Assembly (NCBI RefSeq): GCF_006345805.1
Contig: NC_043009.1
Coordinates: 21,328,001-21,392,000, forward strand
Length of the DNA stretch: 64,000 nucleotides
Reading direction: 5' to 3'
DNA from: Octopus sinensis
Lineage: Eukaryota
In this document: positions 13,000 to 24,959 of the stretch, one piece after another
Layout: every line of letters begins with the position of its first letter
Numbering within the stretch: position 1 is the stretch's first letter
The notes under the pieces: model-generated
Databases searched by the model: none
Seen by the model: only the letters and a program-made list of their open reading frames with translations
What the model was told of the DNA's origin: nothing
Made by a program: the position numbers and the translations under genes

Positions 13000-13490
13000 C
13001 TATGGCTAGGTAAATCTAGCTTCCTTTTAGCTTTCTGATATGATTTTTTGCTACTCGCTCTTTTCCATTCATTTCAGACCCGTCTCTTTTCTTTTATGCC
13101 CCCTGTAAACGTCATTGCTCCACCACCGTGTCACCCTTGGTCTAGCAGAGGTTTTGCTCCAGCCACAGTCTTGTTCTGTTACCTTCTGTAGATTGTCCCT
13201 TAGTAACTCCCAGTTGTCCATTACATCTTCTGTCTCTATATCTTCCTCCTCCTCGTCCGAGGCTTAATTAAGAACATCTCTAAACCTTTGCCCATTTGAA
13301 GGATCCTTGAGCTTCCACAACCTCCTTTTCCATACCGGCTTGCGTCTCCGAACCCTTCTGGCCCTAAGTCTGAAGTCACTAACTACTAGCCTATGTCGTG
13401 TTGCATATTATTCCACCCGGAAAGATTTTGCATTTACTAGCATACACCGGTCCCATGTGCCCACCAGATTGATAAGTAATCAGATAGTTG
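13000..13490 (-). mobile_element. RTE LINE fragment (APE C-terminus and linker)
   Basis: Homologous to the RTE at 33400-33780 and 61100-61450. Confidence 0.7.
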
Positions 13491-13854
13491 ACAGCCCTTG
13501 GCAACGAACAGTCACCAAAGAGCCGAGTAACCACACGCACGGGCACAGCAGTTAAAACACCTTCCCGGTTTCAATAACAGTCAACAGTTCTGGTGGCGGG
13601 GAGCTATACGTAGGTCACTGCCCAAGGACTTATGACGGACGAACTGTAGACAGGAATTTCGTTGCTGGCTAGCTAGAGAGCTGGTCTGCAATGAAGCAGA
13701 CTTCCGGTTAGGCGGGACTTCTTCGAAGCACTAGTTGACCGACGGCTCTCGCCCTCATGTATTTAACTAAAAGTAACTGAATAAATCTTTCACCAGCGCA
13801 CTCTGGTTTTCCATTGATTGTTTGTGTAGCTTAAACTAAAGCTATACTCTGACA
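13489..13854 (+). mobile_element. Possible solo LTR
   Basis: TGACAG..CTGACA ends, AATAAA near the 3' end, flanks TAGT/TATT (1 mismatch); RTE homology stops at its left edge. Confidence 0.3.
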
Positions 13855-15254
13855 TATTCGGTTTAGTTCTTTCATCTCAAGTATTATAGTCTTCGGGTGC
13901 CTATCGTATGAAATAGCATTCTTGGAATTCTGAACTTAGCTCTTCGTTAAATCTACGGGGCTAGATTGTTCTCATTCTGTTGTTCATACTAAGAATATTC
14001 TCGTATTAGTTATTCTCCTACTTGTGATGTCGCTTAATTTACTGATATTTATACGTGTCAGTCTCATTTATACAAGCCGTTCCCATGGATTAATGGGATA
14101 GAGAATATAAGCGTTAAAAGTCAAGTGTTGTAGTTTACTTGATAGGTATGAATTCAATCGCCGAAAACTCCGGGGGGGATCTTTTCCTTTTGAACGGCAC
14201 TATGTAACATAATTTCTAGGTAACTAAAAAGTTTTAAACTTCGTATACTGGTAGAATGTGTTTATAAAACATCATTTTCTCTTGGCTTTATTGAGAAAAT
14301 TCTATAGTTTGTAAGATATTTCGTCTGAAATTTCTTGCATTTCGGCAATTTTAACCAATCAGTTACCTCCATTGACGTAAATAACATTCTGTGCATAATG
14401 AATATGTCCCTCCTTTAAGAAACAGATTGGGTTTATTTACATTTGTGAAGAAAAAAGATACTCTTCCTCCACCCCTAACCCTAACCCTAAATCTAAAATA
14501 GATTGAAATGCAATAGATCGATACTAGGGCCATAATTATGGGTGACATTTTCATTTGACACCGCTAGAAAAAAATCCCATTTTCCGTAGCGGTGTCGTAT
14601 GAAATTGTCACCCATAATTATAACCCTAGTATCGATCTATTGCATTTCAATCTATTTTAGATTTAGGGTGAGAGTTAGGGTTAGGGTTAGAGTTAGGGTT
14701 AGGATTAGGGTTAGGGGTGGGGGAAGGGTATCTTTTTTCTTCACAAATGTAAATAAACCCAATCTGTTTCTTAAAGGAGGGACATATTCATTATGCACAG
14801 AATGTTATTTACGTCAATGGAGGTAATTGATTGGTTAAAATTGCCGAAATGCAAGAAATTTCAGACGAAATATCTTACAAACTATAGAATTTTCTCAATA
14901 AAGCCAAGAGAAAATGATGTTTTTGTGGGATGAAGTCAGCAGCTGGGTGTGTTGACCGGAAGCTGGGGCAACCGGAAGGGGGGAAGCCGTCAGGCGTGCG
15001 CAGGGAGCGGTCAATTGGGCTTTTCCAACGTGGGTCGTGCAGGTGACAAGACGTGTGAGGACGTCGCTAAGGTTTTAGGCTAGCAGCTGCTATTGTTAGT
15101 GTTCGGGTTGGGGCTGTGTCGAAGGACTAGTTACCACTGAAGGGTCTCCGTCACTAGGAAGAGAAGGTAGGTGCCTCTATATTCAAATCGCGCACACACA
15201 ACAGTTTTATAAACACATTCTACCAGTATACGAAGTTAAAAACTGGCGAGTCTT

Positions 15255-15890
15255 ATGGCGCTGTTTTTAGAAGGGAGCGCCTTAACGCTATACCTAGAGA
15301 TGGATGAAGAGGAACGGCTCAGCGAGGAGAACATAGAGCGACGCTTGCGGGATGCCTACACGGAATGCGAGTACACAGCTTTTGCTAAGCTAGGTGCAAT
15401 CAGGTGGACGGGAGGCCAAGTGGATGACTATGCATCAGAAGTTAGAAGGTTAGCGACTCTGGCTGGGTTTGCTGGAGAAGGGCTGGAGAGAGCAGCCCGG
15501 CTGGCGTTTGTGAATGGGTTCCCCGACAATGTAGGGATTCACCTACAACGACTGCCCGGGATTAAAAAGATGCCGCTGAGCGAACTTGTGGGTCAGGCTC
15601 GCGTGTTGACGAGACACTCTGGGCGGAAGGCGATAGCGATGGCGGTGACGGAGGCGCGTAAAGACGGACGACGTCCCGAGAAAGAGGTACGAAGCTTACC
15701 ATGCGACGAGAGCGGCCGTTCTCAGGACGGTGTTTTAGATGCCAGGGACCGCACATGGCGCGGGACTGTACGCAGCCGGGGCCCGTTTGCTATCGATGCA
15801 AGCAGACAGAGCACATTGCCCGTGATTGCGACCAGGGAAACGACCGCGTGGAAGTTGCTTTCATCTCGAACTTTCCCCGCAAACGAGTAG
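15255..15890 (+). CDS. Gypsy gag, N-terminally truncated
   Basis: LFLEGSALTLYLEM..ARLAFVNGFP; upstream codons LASL abut host-flank sequence; continues by frameshift into ORF 15701. Confidence 0.7.
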   Translation: MALFLEGSALTLYLEMDEEERLSEENIERRLRDAYTECEYTAFAKLGAIRWTGGQVDDYASEVRRLATLAGFAGEGLERAARLAFVNGFPDNVGIHLQRLPGIKKMPLSELVGQARVLTRHSGRKAIAMAVTEARKDGRRPEKEVRSLPCDESGRSQDGVLDARDRTWRGTVRSRGPFAIDASRQSTLPVIATRETTAWKLLSSRTFPANE

Positions 15891-18160
15891 AGGCGCTATT
15901 GGAGACGCTGCCATTGATTGACGTGGAGGCCGAGGGGGAGACGTTCAAGGCCCTTGTGGATACGGGCTGTACGACCACCCTGGTGACTTCGAGGGTGACG
16001 AAGAAATGGAACGGGGTGTGTAGTGTCCGGGCGGTCGACGGCAGCGAAATCCGTTGCAGAGGCAGCAGCAAGGTAGAGATAGTGGTGCGCGGCGCGACGC
16101 TAAGGCTGCAGACAATTGTGGCCGAACGCGTGATAGATGGAGTTGATGTGGTGATGGGGATGGACGCCATCAACTGCCTCGGTGGCGTCAGTGTTGTGGG
16201 AAATGAGGTCACGTTCGGAAGCGTGGGGGCGTCGTGCACTGCGAGTCAGGATCGCCAGAGAGAGCAGAGCCCCGCGAGGGACTGCGCCGCTTACACCATC
16301 GAGGACAAAGACTTTCAGGCGGCGTTCGATGGTCAGCGGTGGACGACAGAGTGGCGATGGAAGGACGAGCCCCCGACGCTGGAAAACAGGGTGAGCTGTT
16401 ACCAGCATACCCTGAAAGGCCACGCCAGGGTCGAGTTTGAAGACGAGGTGGAGAGGTGGATCGAGGAAGGGGTCCTTGTCCCTTGGAAGGAGGAGGTAGT
16501 GGGCGGAGTGCTAACCCTGATGGCGGTGGTGCAGCCTACGAAGGGAAAAGTCAGACCGGTGCTGGACTTCAGGGAGCTAAACCAGCATATATCGTGTCAC
16601 ACGGGAGGTGAGGCGACAGACGTTTGTGGCGAGGCATTACGTAAGTGGAGACAGTCGACCGAGGCAGCGACGATTGTCGACTTGAGATCGGCATACTTGC
16701 AGCTCCATGTGAGCGACAAACTGTGGCGATATCAGCTGGTGCGGTACAAGGGCCGGACGTACTGTCTAACCAGGCTGGGTTTCGGGCTGAATTCCGCTCC
16801 GAAGATCATGGCGGCAGTGCTTAGGACGAAATGCAGGACTGTCTGGTGTGATGCTAGCTGTATAGCGATAGGGGTGGTGTTGGCAATCGAAGGCGCTGCG
16901 GTGGAGGACGCGGCCTGGCTTCGGAAAGCAGATGATTTCAACCACATCAATGTCGCCGAATTAGACGCGCTGCTGAAAGGGGTGAACTTGGCCTTGAAAT
17001 GGGGGCTGTGCACGATTGAAATGCGGACGGATTCGGCCACTGTGCTTGGCTGGGTAGGATCGGTGATCACCGGTGACAGGAGAGTGCGGACGAAAGGTGC
17101 TGCGGAGATGTTAGTGAAGCGCCGTCTAGGAGTTCTAGGTGAATTGATCGCCGAGTTCGGACTGAAGCTGAACGTGGTTTTTGTGCCTTCGGAGAAAAGC
17201 AGGGCGGACGTACTGACCAGGGTGAAAAGAGCGTGGTTGGAAGAACCGGAGGAGGCCCGGAAAGGGATAGCTGCGGCGTGTCGGTTGGATGACTCTGAAC
17301 TGAAGAAACTGCATGCTATGCATCACCTGGGTGTGGACAGGACCCTGTATCTGGCGAAAAAAATTGATGCTGACGTCACTAGGAGAAGCGTCCGGAAGGT
17401 GGTCGGGAGCTGCGACAGGTGTCAGTCCATCGACCCTGCTCCGTGTGGGCATGAACAGGGAAGCCTTTCCGTGGAGCAGAACTGGAAAAGGCTAGCTGTG
17501 GATGTGACACACTACCGTCAGCGAATGTATCTCTCCATGGTCGACTGCCGGCTGGCCATTTGGAGGGAGTTGAGATCGGGCATTGCTGACGAGATCGCGC
17601 AGATCCTGAACGGGATATTTTTAGAGAGAGGTCCCGTGGAAGAACTACTGATGGACAACGGGGCGGCGTTTCGTTCGGAAGCATTGAGGGTTATGCTTGA
17701 TCGGTGGAATGTGCGATGCTTGTTCAGAGCAGCGTATAGGCCGAGCGGTAACGGGATCGTGGAGAGGCACCATCGGACAGTCAAGGCCATAGCGGAAAGA
17801 GGGCACATTTCGCCGCTTGAAGCAGTTTTTTGGTACAACTTGTCTCCCCGATCCGGACAAGCTGAGGAATCTGTGCCGCAGAGAGCTGTGTTCAAATATG
17901 AATGGAGGCACCCGAGCAAAGCGCCGGAGGGTCACGAGGAAGAGAAGGGACCCGTTCGCGTGAAAATAGGGGAGGAAGTCTGGGTCAAGCCAACAAAGGC
18001 GCGCTGTACATCTCAATGGAGCAAAGGAACGGTGACGGCGGTCAATTCCAGAAACAACGTATCCGTAGATGGAACACCACGACACGTCTTGGACCTTCGC
18101 AGGATTGTCGCTTCGACGGACGATGATTCTGGAGAGGGGAGAACGAGGAGCCCAGCTTGA
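15701..18160 (+). CDS. Gypsy gag-pol: zinc knuckles, protease, partial RT, RNase H, integrase
   Basis: Two CCHC knuckles, LVDTG, RPVLDFRELN, DLRSAYLQ, FGLNSAP, CDAS, HHCC, D-D(35)E (AVDV, LMDNG, IVER); RT lacks YxDD. Confidence 0.9.
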   Translation: MRRERPFSGRCFRCQGPHMARDCTQPGPVCYRCKQTEHIARDCDQGNDRVEVAFISNFPRKRVEALLETLPLIDVEAEGETFKALVDTGCTTTLVTSRVTKKWNGVCSVRAVDGSEIRCRGSSKVEIVVRGATLRLQTIVAERVIDGVDVVMGMDAINCLGGVSVVGNEVTFGSVGASCTASQDRQREQSPARDCAAYTIEDKDFQAAFDGQRWTTEWRWKDEPPTLENRVSCYQHTLKGHARVEFEDEVERWIEEGVLVPWKEEVVGGVLTLMAVVQPTKGKVRPVLDFRELNQHISCHTGGEATDVCGEALRKWRQSTEAATIVDLRSAYLQLHVSDKLWRYQLVRYKGRTYCLTRLGFGLNSAPKIMAAVLRTKCRTVWCDASCIAIGVVLAIEGAAVEDAAWLRKADDFNHINVAELDALLKGVNLALKWGLCTIEMRTDSATVLGWVGSVITGDRRVRTKGAAEMLVKRRLGVLGELIAEFGLKLNVVFVPSEKSRADVLTRVKRAWLEEPEEARKGIAAACRLDDSELKKLHAMHHLGVDRTLYLAKKIDADVTRRSVRKVVGSCDRCQSIDPAPCGHEQGSLSVEQNWKRLAVDVTHYRQRMYLSMVDCRLAIWRELRSGIADEIAQILNGIFLERGPVEELLMDNGAAFRSEALRVMLDRWNVRCLFRAAYRPSGNGIVERHHRTVKAIAERGHISPLEAVFWYNLSPRSGQAEESVPQRAVFKYEWRHPSKAPEGHEEEKGPVRVKIGEEVWVKPTKARCTSQWSKGTVTAVNSRNNVSVDGTPRHVLDLRRIVASTDDDSGEGRTRSPA

Positions 18161-18649
18161 GAAGATCTCGACGAGAGAGGCGCTCTCCCGGTTGGATGGT
18201 GGACTACGACATGGAGCGGAGAGATTGTGATCTTTGAGATCAGGGTGGCGTGTGGGATGACGTCAGCAGCTGGGTGCGTTGACCGGAAGCTGGGGCAACC
18301 TGAAGGGGGGAAGCCGTCAGGCGTGCGCAGGGAGCGGTCAATTGGGCTTTTCCAACGTGGGTCGTGCAGGTGACAAGACGTGTGAGGACGTCGCTAAGGT
18401 TTTAGGCTAGCAGCTGCTATTGTTAGTGTTCGGGTTGGGGCTGTGTCGAAGGACTAGTTACCACTGAAGGGTCTCCGTCACTAGGAAGAGAAGGTAGGTG
18501 CCTCTATATTCAAATCGCGCACACACAACAGTTTTATAAACACATTCTACCAGTATACGAAGTTTAAAACTTTTTAGTTACCTAGAAATTATGTTACAAA
18601 GTGCCGTTCAAAAGGAAACGATCCCTCCTGGGACCCTAGAAACATCACT

Positions 18650-18775
18650 GACCCACTAGCGTAGCTAGAGTGTGTTTCGCCCGGGGCGGACGATCCGTTT
18701 GCCGCCTCCGGGCCCCAACACATATTGCCTACAGCAGACCCAAAAGTGCCGCCCCTACCGCCCTAGCTACACTTG
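18650..18775. mobile_element. Small GC-rich MITE-like element
   Basis: CGTAGCTAG / CTAGCTACA imperfect terminal inverted repeats; no clear TSD. Confidence 0.35.
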
Positions 18776-21700
18776 TATACTGACCATGCATTCTTTAGCA
18801 TCTGCGAGTTGTATCTCAGCACTATATACGCTTACACACGACGATCATCTTGCAGTAGAAAACATTTTCCGTAAGTGCCGCGCCGCAAGAGTGTTTATGA
18901 ATTTTTTAACAAACACAACAATACTTATGACAAGTATTTTATTCTCTCCAACTCAGAAGATGAATGACAAAAGTTAACCTTGTAGGATTTAAACTCAAAA
19001 AAGCATTAAGAGACGTATGAAAACGACACAGTGCATTATATTCCATGTTTTAACAATAAAGATTCAAAATTAGAAAATGGAAATAAATGTAAAAAGAAAA
19101 TAAAATCTGAATCACCGTTTCTGTCGGTGTCTGAAGGGTTCTTCCCCTTCTGATTATGTTAGCACTGGAGACTAAAGTGGATAATATTTATTGTTTAATA
19201 CGTTACAGAGAATATAAAATTAGTAATGGAACACTTAGAAAAGCTATGCGAAGTTTGTGCTACAAAGTAAGTGAAATGATAATCCTTTTCATATTTACTG
19301 AAAAAAATTTTCAGCGTAATGTGTGTTAGATGCAATGTGTGTTTTCCTTTGTCCAGAGTTGGACCAGGACTTTCGAAACATTCTGCTTTGGTTAAAATTT
19401 GCACGACATACAGATGATATACAAACAATTGAATCACACAAATAGAGAATTAAAAGAATCTGGTTACTCGAGATTATGTTTCAGTCGCAATTTCGAATTT
19501 CTTTGGCGAGACAAGTTGAAGCGAATTTGCCAGGAATTCGTATCTTTTCCAGATTTTTGATGGCTCTTATACATCATTATGTCTTATAATTAATGTGTTT
19601 TTTTTTCTTAAAATGAAAGAAAATTTTGTAGCCGTCGTTTCGCTATTTCTCGTAACTCTTGATCTTATACATTTCACATTTCCTTGAAAATATGTATGAT
19701 CTATGACATGTATGTGATGTCTTTTTGTTTGTTTTAGGGAAAATATGTAATCGTATAAAATTTATATTTAAGTAAGTATTGTTTGATGCAATATAGTAGT
19801 AACTCTACCTGGTTGTTCTCGTATCGGCGACAAAACAACACATGTAACTGAAGACCATCTGAAGTACCGTGTATATTCGATGAAACAGATCAGTTAAAGA
19901 ATTGTTCTCCAGAATCCACAAAAAGATGAAAAATAAAATCGATCTCAATAGGATATTAGAATGCACATATGTGGTGAAAAGCTGCAGGGAATCCATTCTA
20001 TTCAATGGTTTAACAAATATGCTAATTCACCCTAGTATGAAGGATTAGCACCGCTTTACACATACCCACCTGGCTTGGTTTCATTATTTATGCTTTTATG
20101 TATGTTCACTAGAAGGGAAAAAACCCAGTTCAAAATAAAAAAAAAAAGAATGTCTAGCTCAAAATTAAACTTGTGTTGTGAGATGAGTTCTGATGTGTAG
20201 CTCCAAGTCAGCCCTGATTGAACTGATCCTATGATGAAAGACATTCCAACTATGACCAACCTTTCTTTTTTAAGGGTATCCAAAGTTATATTATTTTAAT
20301 ATGCATCTACCTTTTTATAAAAATGGTTGGTCTGATTTCAGAGATTTGGGTACTAACTAGAGACTCCCTTGACTTGCAACCTGTCTTGGGTTGCAAGTCA
20401 AGGGAGGGTGTCCAGGACCCTTGTCTTCATCCTCTTCCTCAGCTTGGAGAACAACCAAAAGTGATGGGCAGCAAGGTCTGGATTGTAGGGAGGATGAGGG
20501 ATAGTTTTGATGCCCATCTCTATCAAGTATATGCAGGCGTATGGATATGGATACAGAAAAACACACTTATATATGGAGGGAAATGAATAAAATATAGCAG
20601 AAAGGGGTTTATAGGGAAAACAAGGGGGGGGGGTCTAATAGGTATTTAATTTGTCAATTGAATTTGTAGGCTAAGTGAAATTTGATTTGATATTAGTAAT
20701 ACTAGATGGTAGGAAGACCTGTGGACAGATTAACCAAAGATAATGGAGAAAAAAATAAGAATACGGTTGTTGATAGTCTATAAATTACTTATGTTTAAGT
20801 TTGTTGTACATGGGTTTGATATAAATAAAAATAGAGATAGATGTTATGTTAATAGCACTAAATAATAAGAAACTAGGATGAGAATATATCAAGGTTCCTG
20901 TTAAGAAATTAGTTACAATAAGAAAGTTAGAGAAGGGAAAATACAAACAATAATAAGAATATGGTGATAAGTTTATATATTTTGTGAAAGAATGTCGGTA
21001 TGAACTGGTTTTTAGATATATAAAAATACGGATGTTAAGGTGTGTTACATACGCAACTAATTAATATTTTCATTAGGCAATTGTTTTATCAAAAGGTGTT
21101 GGGTCCAGAAATAAAAAAACCGATACAGGTTGTGAACTTTGAATGGCTAATGTAGTGAATATAAATAATGTCTTAGAGTACATTAAAGAACAAAAAGGGA
21201 TTGATTGCTTCATGTGTGCACCGTATAGAAAAGTTTGGATCGAAATTTCTAAAGGTATGTATATAATTATTTAGGATGTCAAAAAAGATGAACCATATGA
21301 CACATGCATCAGGCTTCGTGAAGAAAATAAGGTTTTTATCTATAAATTTAGGATAAAATAAATAAAAAAAGATGAATGAAGTATTGGACTATTGAAACAA
21401 AATATGATGGAGGATGGATGTAAGTTATTTTAAAAAAGTAGCCGATTTGTCAACCGTTAATCAATTTGGGTATGTACATAGATATTTAAAATGCAGCTGT
21501 GAGATTAAAGAAATATATGGAATATATATGGGTATTTCCATGTGGATTCACAAATTTCACATATAGATATGGAGGCATGTAAGCAGGCATGGATAAGTAT
21601 ATATACATAGATATATACACACACACACTGACTGAGCCTTCACTGCAGTCAAAGAGAGAGACAGACAGACAGAAAAAAGGAAAAAGTCCCATGTATTTGA

Positions 21701-21937
21701 GAACTATAGAAATATTCTAAAAAATCCTTTCATTTAATTTTTCCGCAAATTGTTTTTCATGCTTTACTTGCAAAAGTTGCAAAAGTCACAAAGACTGAAA
21801 CCAGTACTAAAATATTCTTCATGATAAAATTATATTAGCATTTTCTACCTTATTTTCCTTATACATACATATATACACACACACATATACACATGGGTAT
21901 GCCCTGTGTTAAGGTGTGTATTTGATATATATACATA

Positions 21938-22320
21938 GGCGCAAGAGTGGCTGTGTGGTAAGTAGCTTGCTTACCAACCACATGGTTCCAGGTTCAGTCC
22001 CACTGTGTGGTACCTTGGGCAAGTGTCTTCTACTATAGCTTTGGGCTGACCAAAGCCTTGTGAGTTGATTTGGTGGATGGAAACCGAAAGAAGCCTGCTG
22101 TATATATATATATGTATGTGTGTATATATGTTTGTGTGTCTGTGTTTTTCCCGTAACATCGCTTGACAACCGGTGCTGCTGTGTTTACGTACCTTAAGTT
22201 AGCAGTTCAGCAAAAGAGACCGATAGAATAAGTCCTGGGGTCAATTTGCTCGACTAAAGGAGGTGCTCCAGCATGGCCGCAGTCAAATGACTAAAACAAG
22301 TAAAAGAAAAGAATAAAAGA
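21938..22320 (+). mobile_element. Complete composite SINE (tRNA-like head, central microsatellite, 3' body)
   Basis: GTGGCTGTGTGG A-box-like and GGTTCAGTCCC B-box-like motifs; mirror copy at 42148-42560. Confidence 0.85.
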
Positions 22321-23023
22321 ATATATATTTTTTATAAGGTAGAAGGAGGAAATATAATCTAGTTGATTATAGGGAGGGAAAATAAGGAAAAGATATCTGA
22401 AAGGGTTTAAGGGAACAAAAATTTATGTTCTATATAGGGAGAGTATTTAGCTAAGTTGAGTAAAAAAATAGTTGAAAGTTAAAATTGTATAGAGATGTGT
22501 ATAAAATATTTATATTATAACATAATATACTATGAATATAACATAATATACAGTGAATTGGATGTTTTATACACTCCTTTGAAGGAATTTTTGTTCAAAT
22601 AGGTATCTAATTGAAAGCTAAGTTCAATAATAGTAAAAAAGCAGTTGAAAGTTAAAATTGTATAGAGGTGTGTATAAAATATTTATATTTATATTAAGTA
22701 ACAAACTAAGGAAAGGAATTTCTTCAAAGGAGTGTGTAAAACATCCAATTCACTGTATATTATGTTATAATATATATAAATTATTAGATTGTCAATTGAA
22801 AGGGAGAATTTTCAGCTAAGTTCAATAATAGATAAGCCCAGTATATGTGTCATATGGTTCATCTTTTGGCACTACTTAAATGCAGAGGTCCTGATGCATC
22901 TATGTAACAAAATGAAGGGGCGGTAATCTAGTTTTACTAAAACTACTGTCAATAATGTAAGGGACCCCACAATATTATCTGTTTTTACTCCAATCTTTCT
23001 CCCCACAATATCGCTGCTTTATA

Positions 23024-23073
<50 letters not shown>

Positions 23074-23076
23074 TAT

Positions 23077-23400
23077 AGGAGCACTCTGTCGGTTAGGACG
23101 ACGAAGGTCCCAGCTGATACGATCAACGGAAAAGCCTGCTCGTGAAATTAACGTGCAAGTAGCTGAGCACTCCACAGACACATGTACCCATAACGTAGTT
23201 CTCGGGGTAAATTCAGCGTGACACAGAGTGTGACAAGGCTGGCCCCTTTGAAATACAGGTACTACTCATTTTTGCCAGCTGAGTGGACAGGAGCAACGTG
23301 AAATAAAGTGTCTTGCTCAAGGACTCAACACATCACTGGGAATTGAACTCATGACCTTACGATCATGAGTCGAATGCCCTAACCACTAACCTACGTGCCT
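23077..23400 (-). mobile_element. tRNA-derived SINE, second family
   Basis: Minus-strand tRNA-like head (GAGTTCAATTCCC) and the central domain shared with 12600-12745. Confidence 0.75.
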
Positions 23401-24102
23401 TCACACACACACACATATATAATATACATACATACATACATACAATGGGCTTCTTTCAGTTTCCATCTACTGAATTCACTCACAAAGGTCTGGTTATCCC
23501 AGGCTAACTATAAGACAACACCCAAAGTGCCATATAGTGGGACTGGACCCAAAGTATGTGGTTGGGAACTTCTTTACTGTACAACTGTATGTAGGTATGT
23601 ATTAAAAGAAATGTAATACGACCAAACATGTTGAGAGTTTTCACTGTACTTACCAAAGATCAGACTTACTGTTCATTGCATACCTCCCATTAAATTTTTA
23701 AGCAATTCAGATTTACTTTTTCATTTGAAATTAATGTAAATGTATTTTGTACTCACCATATTAGCCTCACTTCACTGAAAAGAGAGATATCCTCCTTATT
23801 TTCACTAAGAAAAGAAATATATCTTTAAAAATGTGTGTGTATTTGTGAAGAGAAGATAAAATAGAGAACTAAATTAAAATTTATTACCATGTTGGCTCTA
23901 GTTCTTTCCTTTCTGATGTCAAAATCTTCAGTGTTTAAGTTTTCTTTAATTTAAAAATGGTTTATGAAATATGAACTTTGATATACTAGTTTATTGTTTT
24001 GGGCCAAGTACTTAACTCTATTTGAAGTTCCATGCAAATTTTAGGCATCTTTATTGTTTATAATAATCTCATTCATTGCTTTTCTTCCCTAAATTTATTC
24101 AG

Positions 24103-24164
24103 AGTGGTCACAAGTATAAATGCACCTTTGAAGTACACTCAAAGCAGCCAATATTCTCAACAGG
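24103..24164 (+). CDS. DCAF17: Candidate DCAF17-like exon (SGHKYKCTFEVHSKQPIFSTG)
   Basis: Polypyrimidine tract + TTCAG acceptor, GG|GTGAGT donor; resembles human ESTKFKNVWTTHSRSPI (recalled sequence). Confidence 0.5.
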
Positions 24165-24959
24165 GTGAGTTATGTCATTCTAAACTCTTCATTTTGTAGC
24201 TGCACTGTATCCTATTAATAAGATCAGTTAGCCTCTCAGTAGCTCTTGGATCGTGGCTTTGTATCCCAGACACACACCACTATTTTGGGCAAGAAAATTT
24301 AATTTTGTCACACTGATTGAGAAAATGGGTTTTATTTATTTCCAGAGATATTAATCTCTGGAAAGAAAAAAAAAAGCATTTCATGTAGCTCAGTTACTTC
24401 AAATGAACAAGATTATTTGCTATAATTGCTTATGTGTATTGTTTTGCTTTTGTAACATTGAAATTTGTTTTATGATATTCTTGGTATTGTATGTATGACT
24501 GGATGCTCAATGTGGTTCTTGAGAAGATCTGCCCTCATTGAGGAAACTGATTTCTGGAAGCACTGTGTGTGTATGTGTGTGCATGCTCATGTGTATACAG
24601 CCAGAACTGCGCTAATAGCTTAGGAGTGAAATTTAGGATTTCTCAGTTTTCAGTAAATCAATTTTGATAAACTTTTCCCACCTGGTTTGCACACTATGGC
24701 AACACCATTGTTATGTTTTCATTATTCTGTGCAACATCCTTTCTTATATATTTCAGATTCTTCAGTTTTTGGGTGAACCACACTAATAGCATTTGAATGA
24801 AAGTAGCCCATCCAGACATTTTTTTTTTTTTCAGAAAATGAAGGGTAATGATACATATTAAGCATACATTGAGTATAAATTTAACAGAAAACCATAATAA
24901 TATTATAGCATTTATTGACATAACGAATTATTTAGCCACATGAGCGCCATTTTGATGGA

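Larger units (their letters stand above)
14924..18530 (+). mobile_element. Gypsy LTR retrotransposon, young but rearranged
   Basis: 280-bp LTRs 14924-15203 and 18251-18530 (about 3 differences); 5-bp TSD GTTTT; domain order PR-RT-RH-INT. Confidence 0.95.
14172..18627. mobile_element. Foldback/MITE-like palindromic element with internal telomere-type repeats, split by a Gypsy
   Basis: Left arm 14172-14566 is the reverse complement of 14587-14923 + 18536-18627; ~20-bp loop; (CCCTAA)n ~14473-14490 and (TTAGGG)-like tract ~14665-14716. Confidence 0.85.

Noticed and set aside
14665-14716. True telomere or chromosome-fusion site
   Set aside because: Short, degenerate, inside a foldback arm, and oriented opposite to a fusion
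15243-15252. TGGCGAG as the Gypsy PBS
   Set aside because: It is 41 bp from the LTR and reads in frame as gag codons (LASL)
15701-18160. Domesticated or endogenous-virus gene
   Set aside because: Flanked by LTRs and a TSD, no env, ordinary Gypsy domain order
19195-19440. ORFs and splice-like sites in unique DNA
   Set aside because: No frame gives a recognisable protein
21938-22010. tRNA gene
   Set aside because: tRNA-like SINE head with A/B-box-like motifs only, continuing into the SINE body
24340-24570. Missing DCAF17 middle exon candidates (DINLWKE.., RSALIEETDFWKHC)
   Set aside because: In-frame stop or weak splice sites; similarity too low to call
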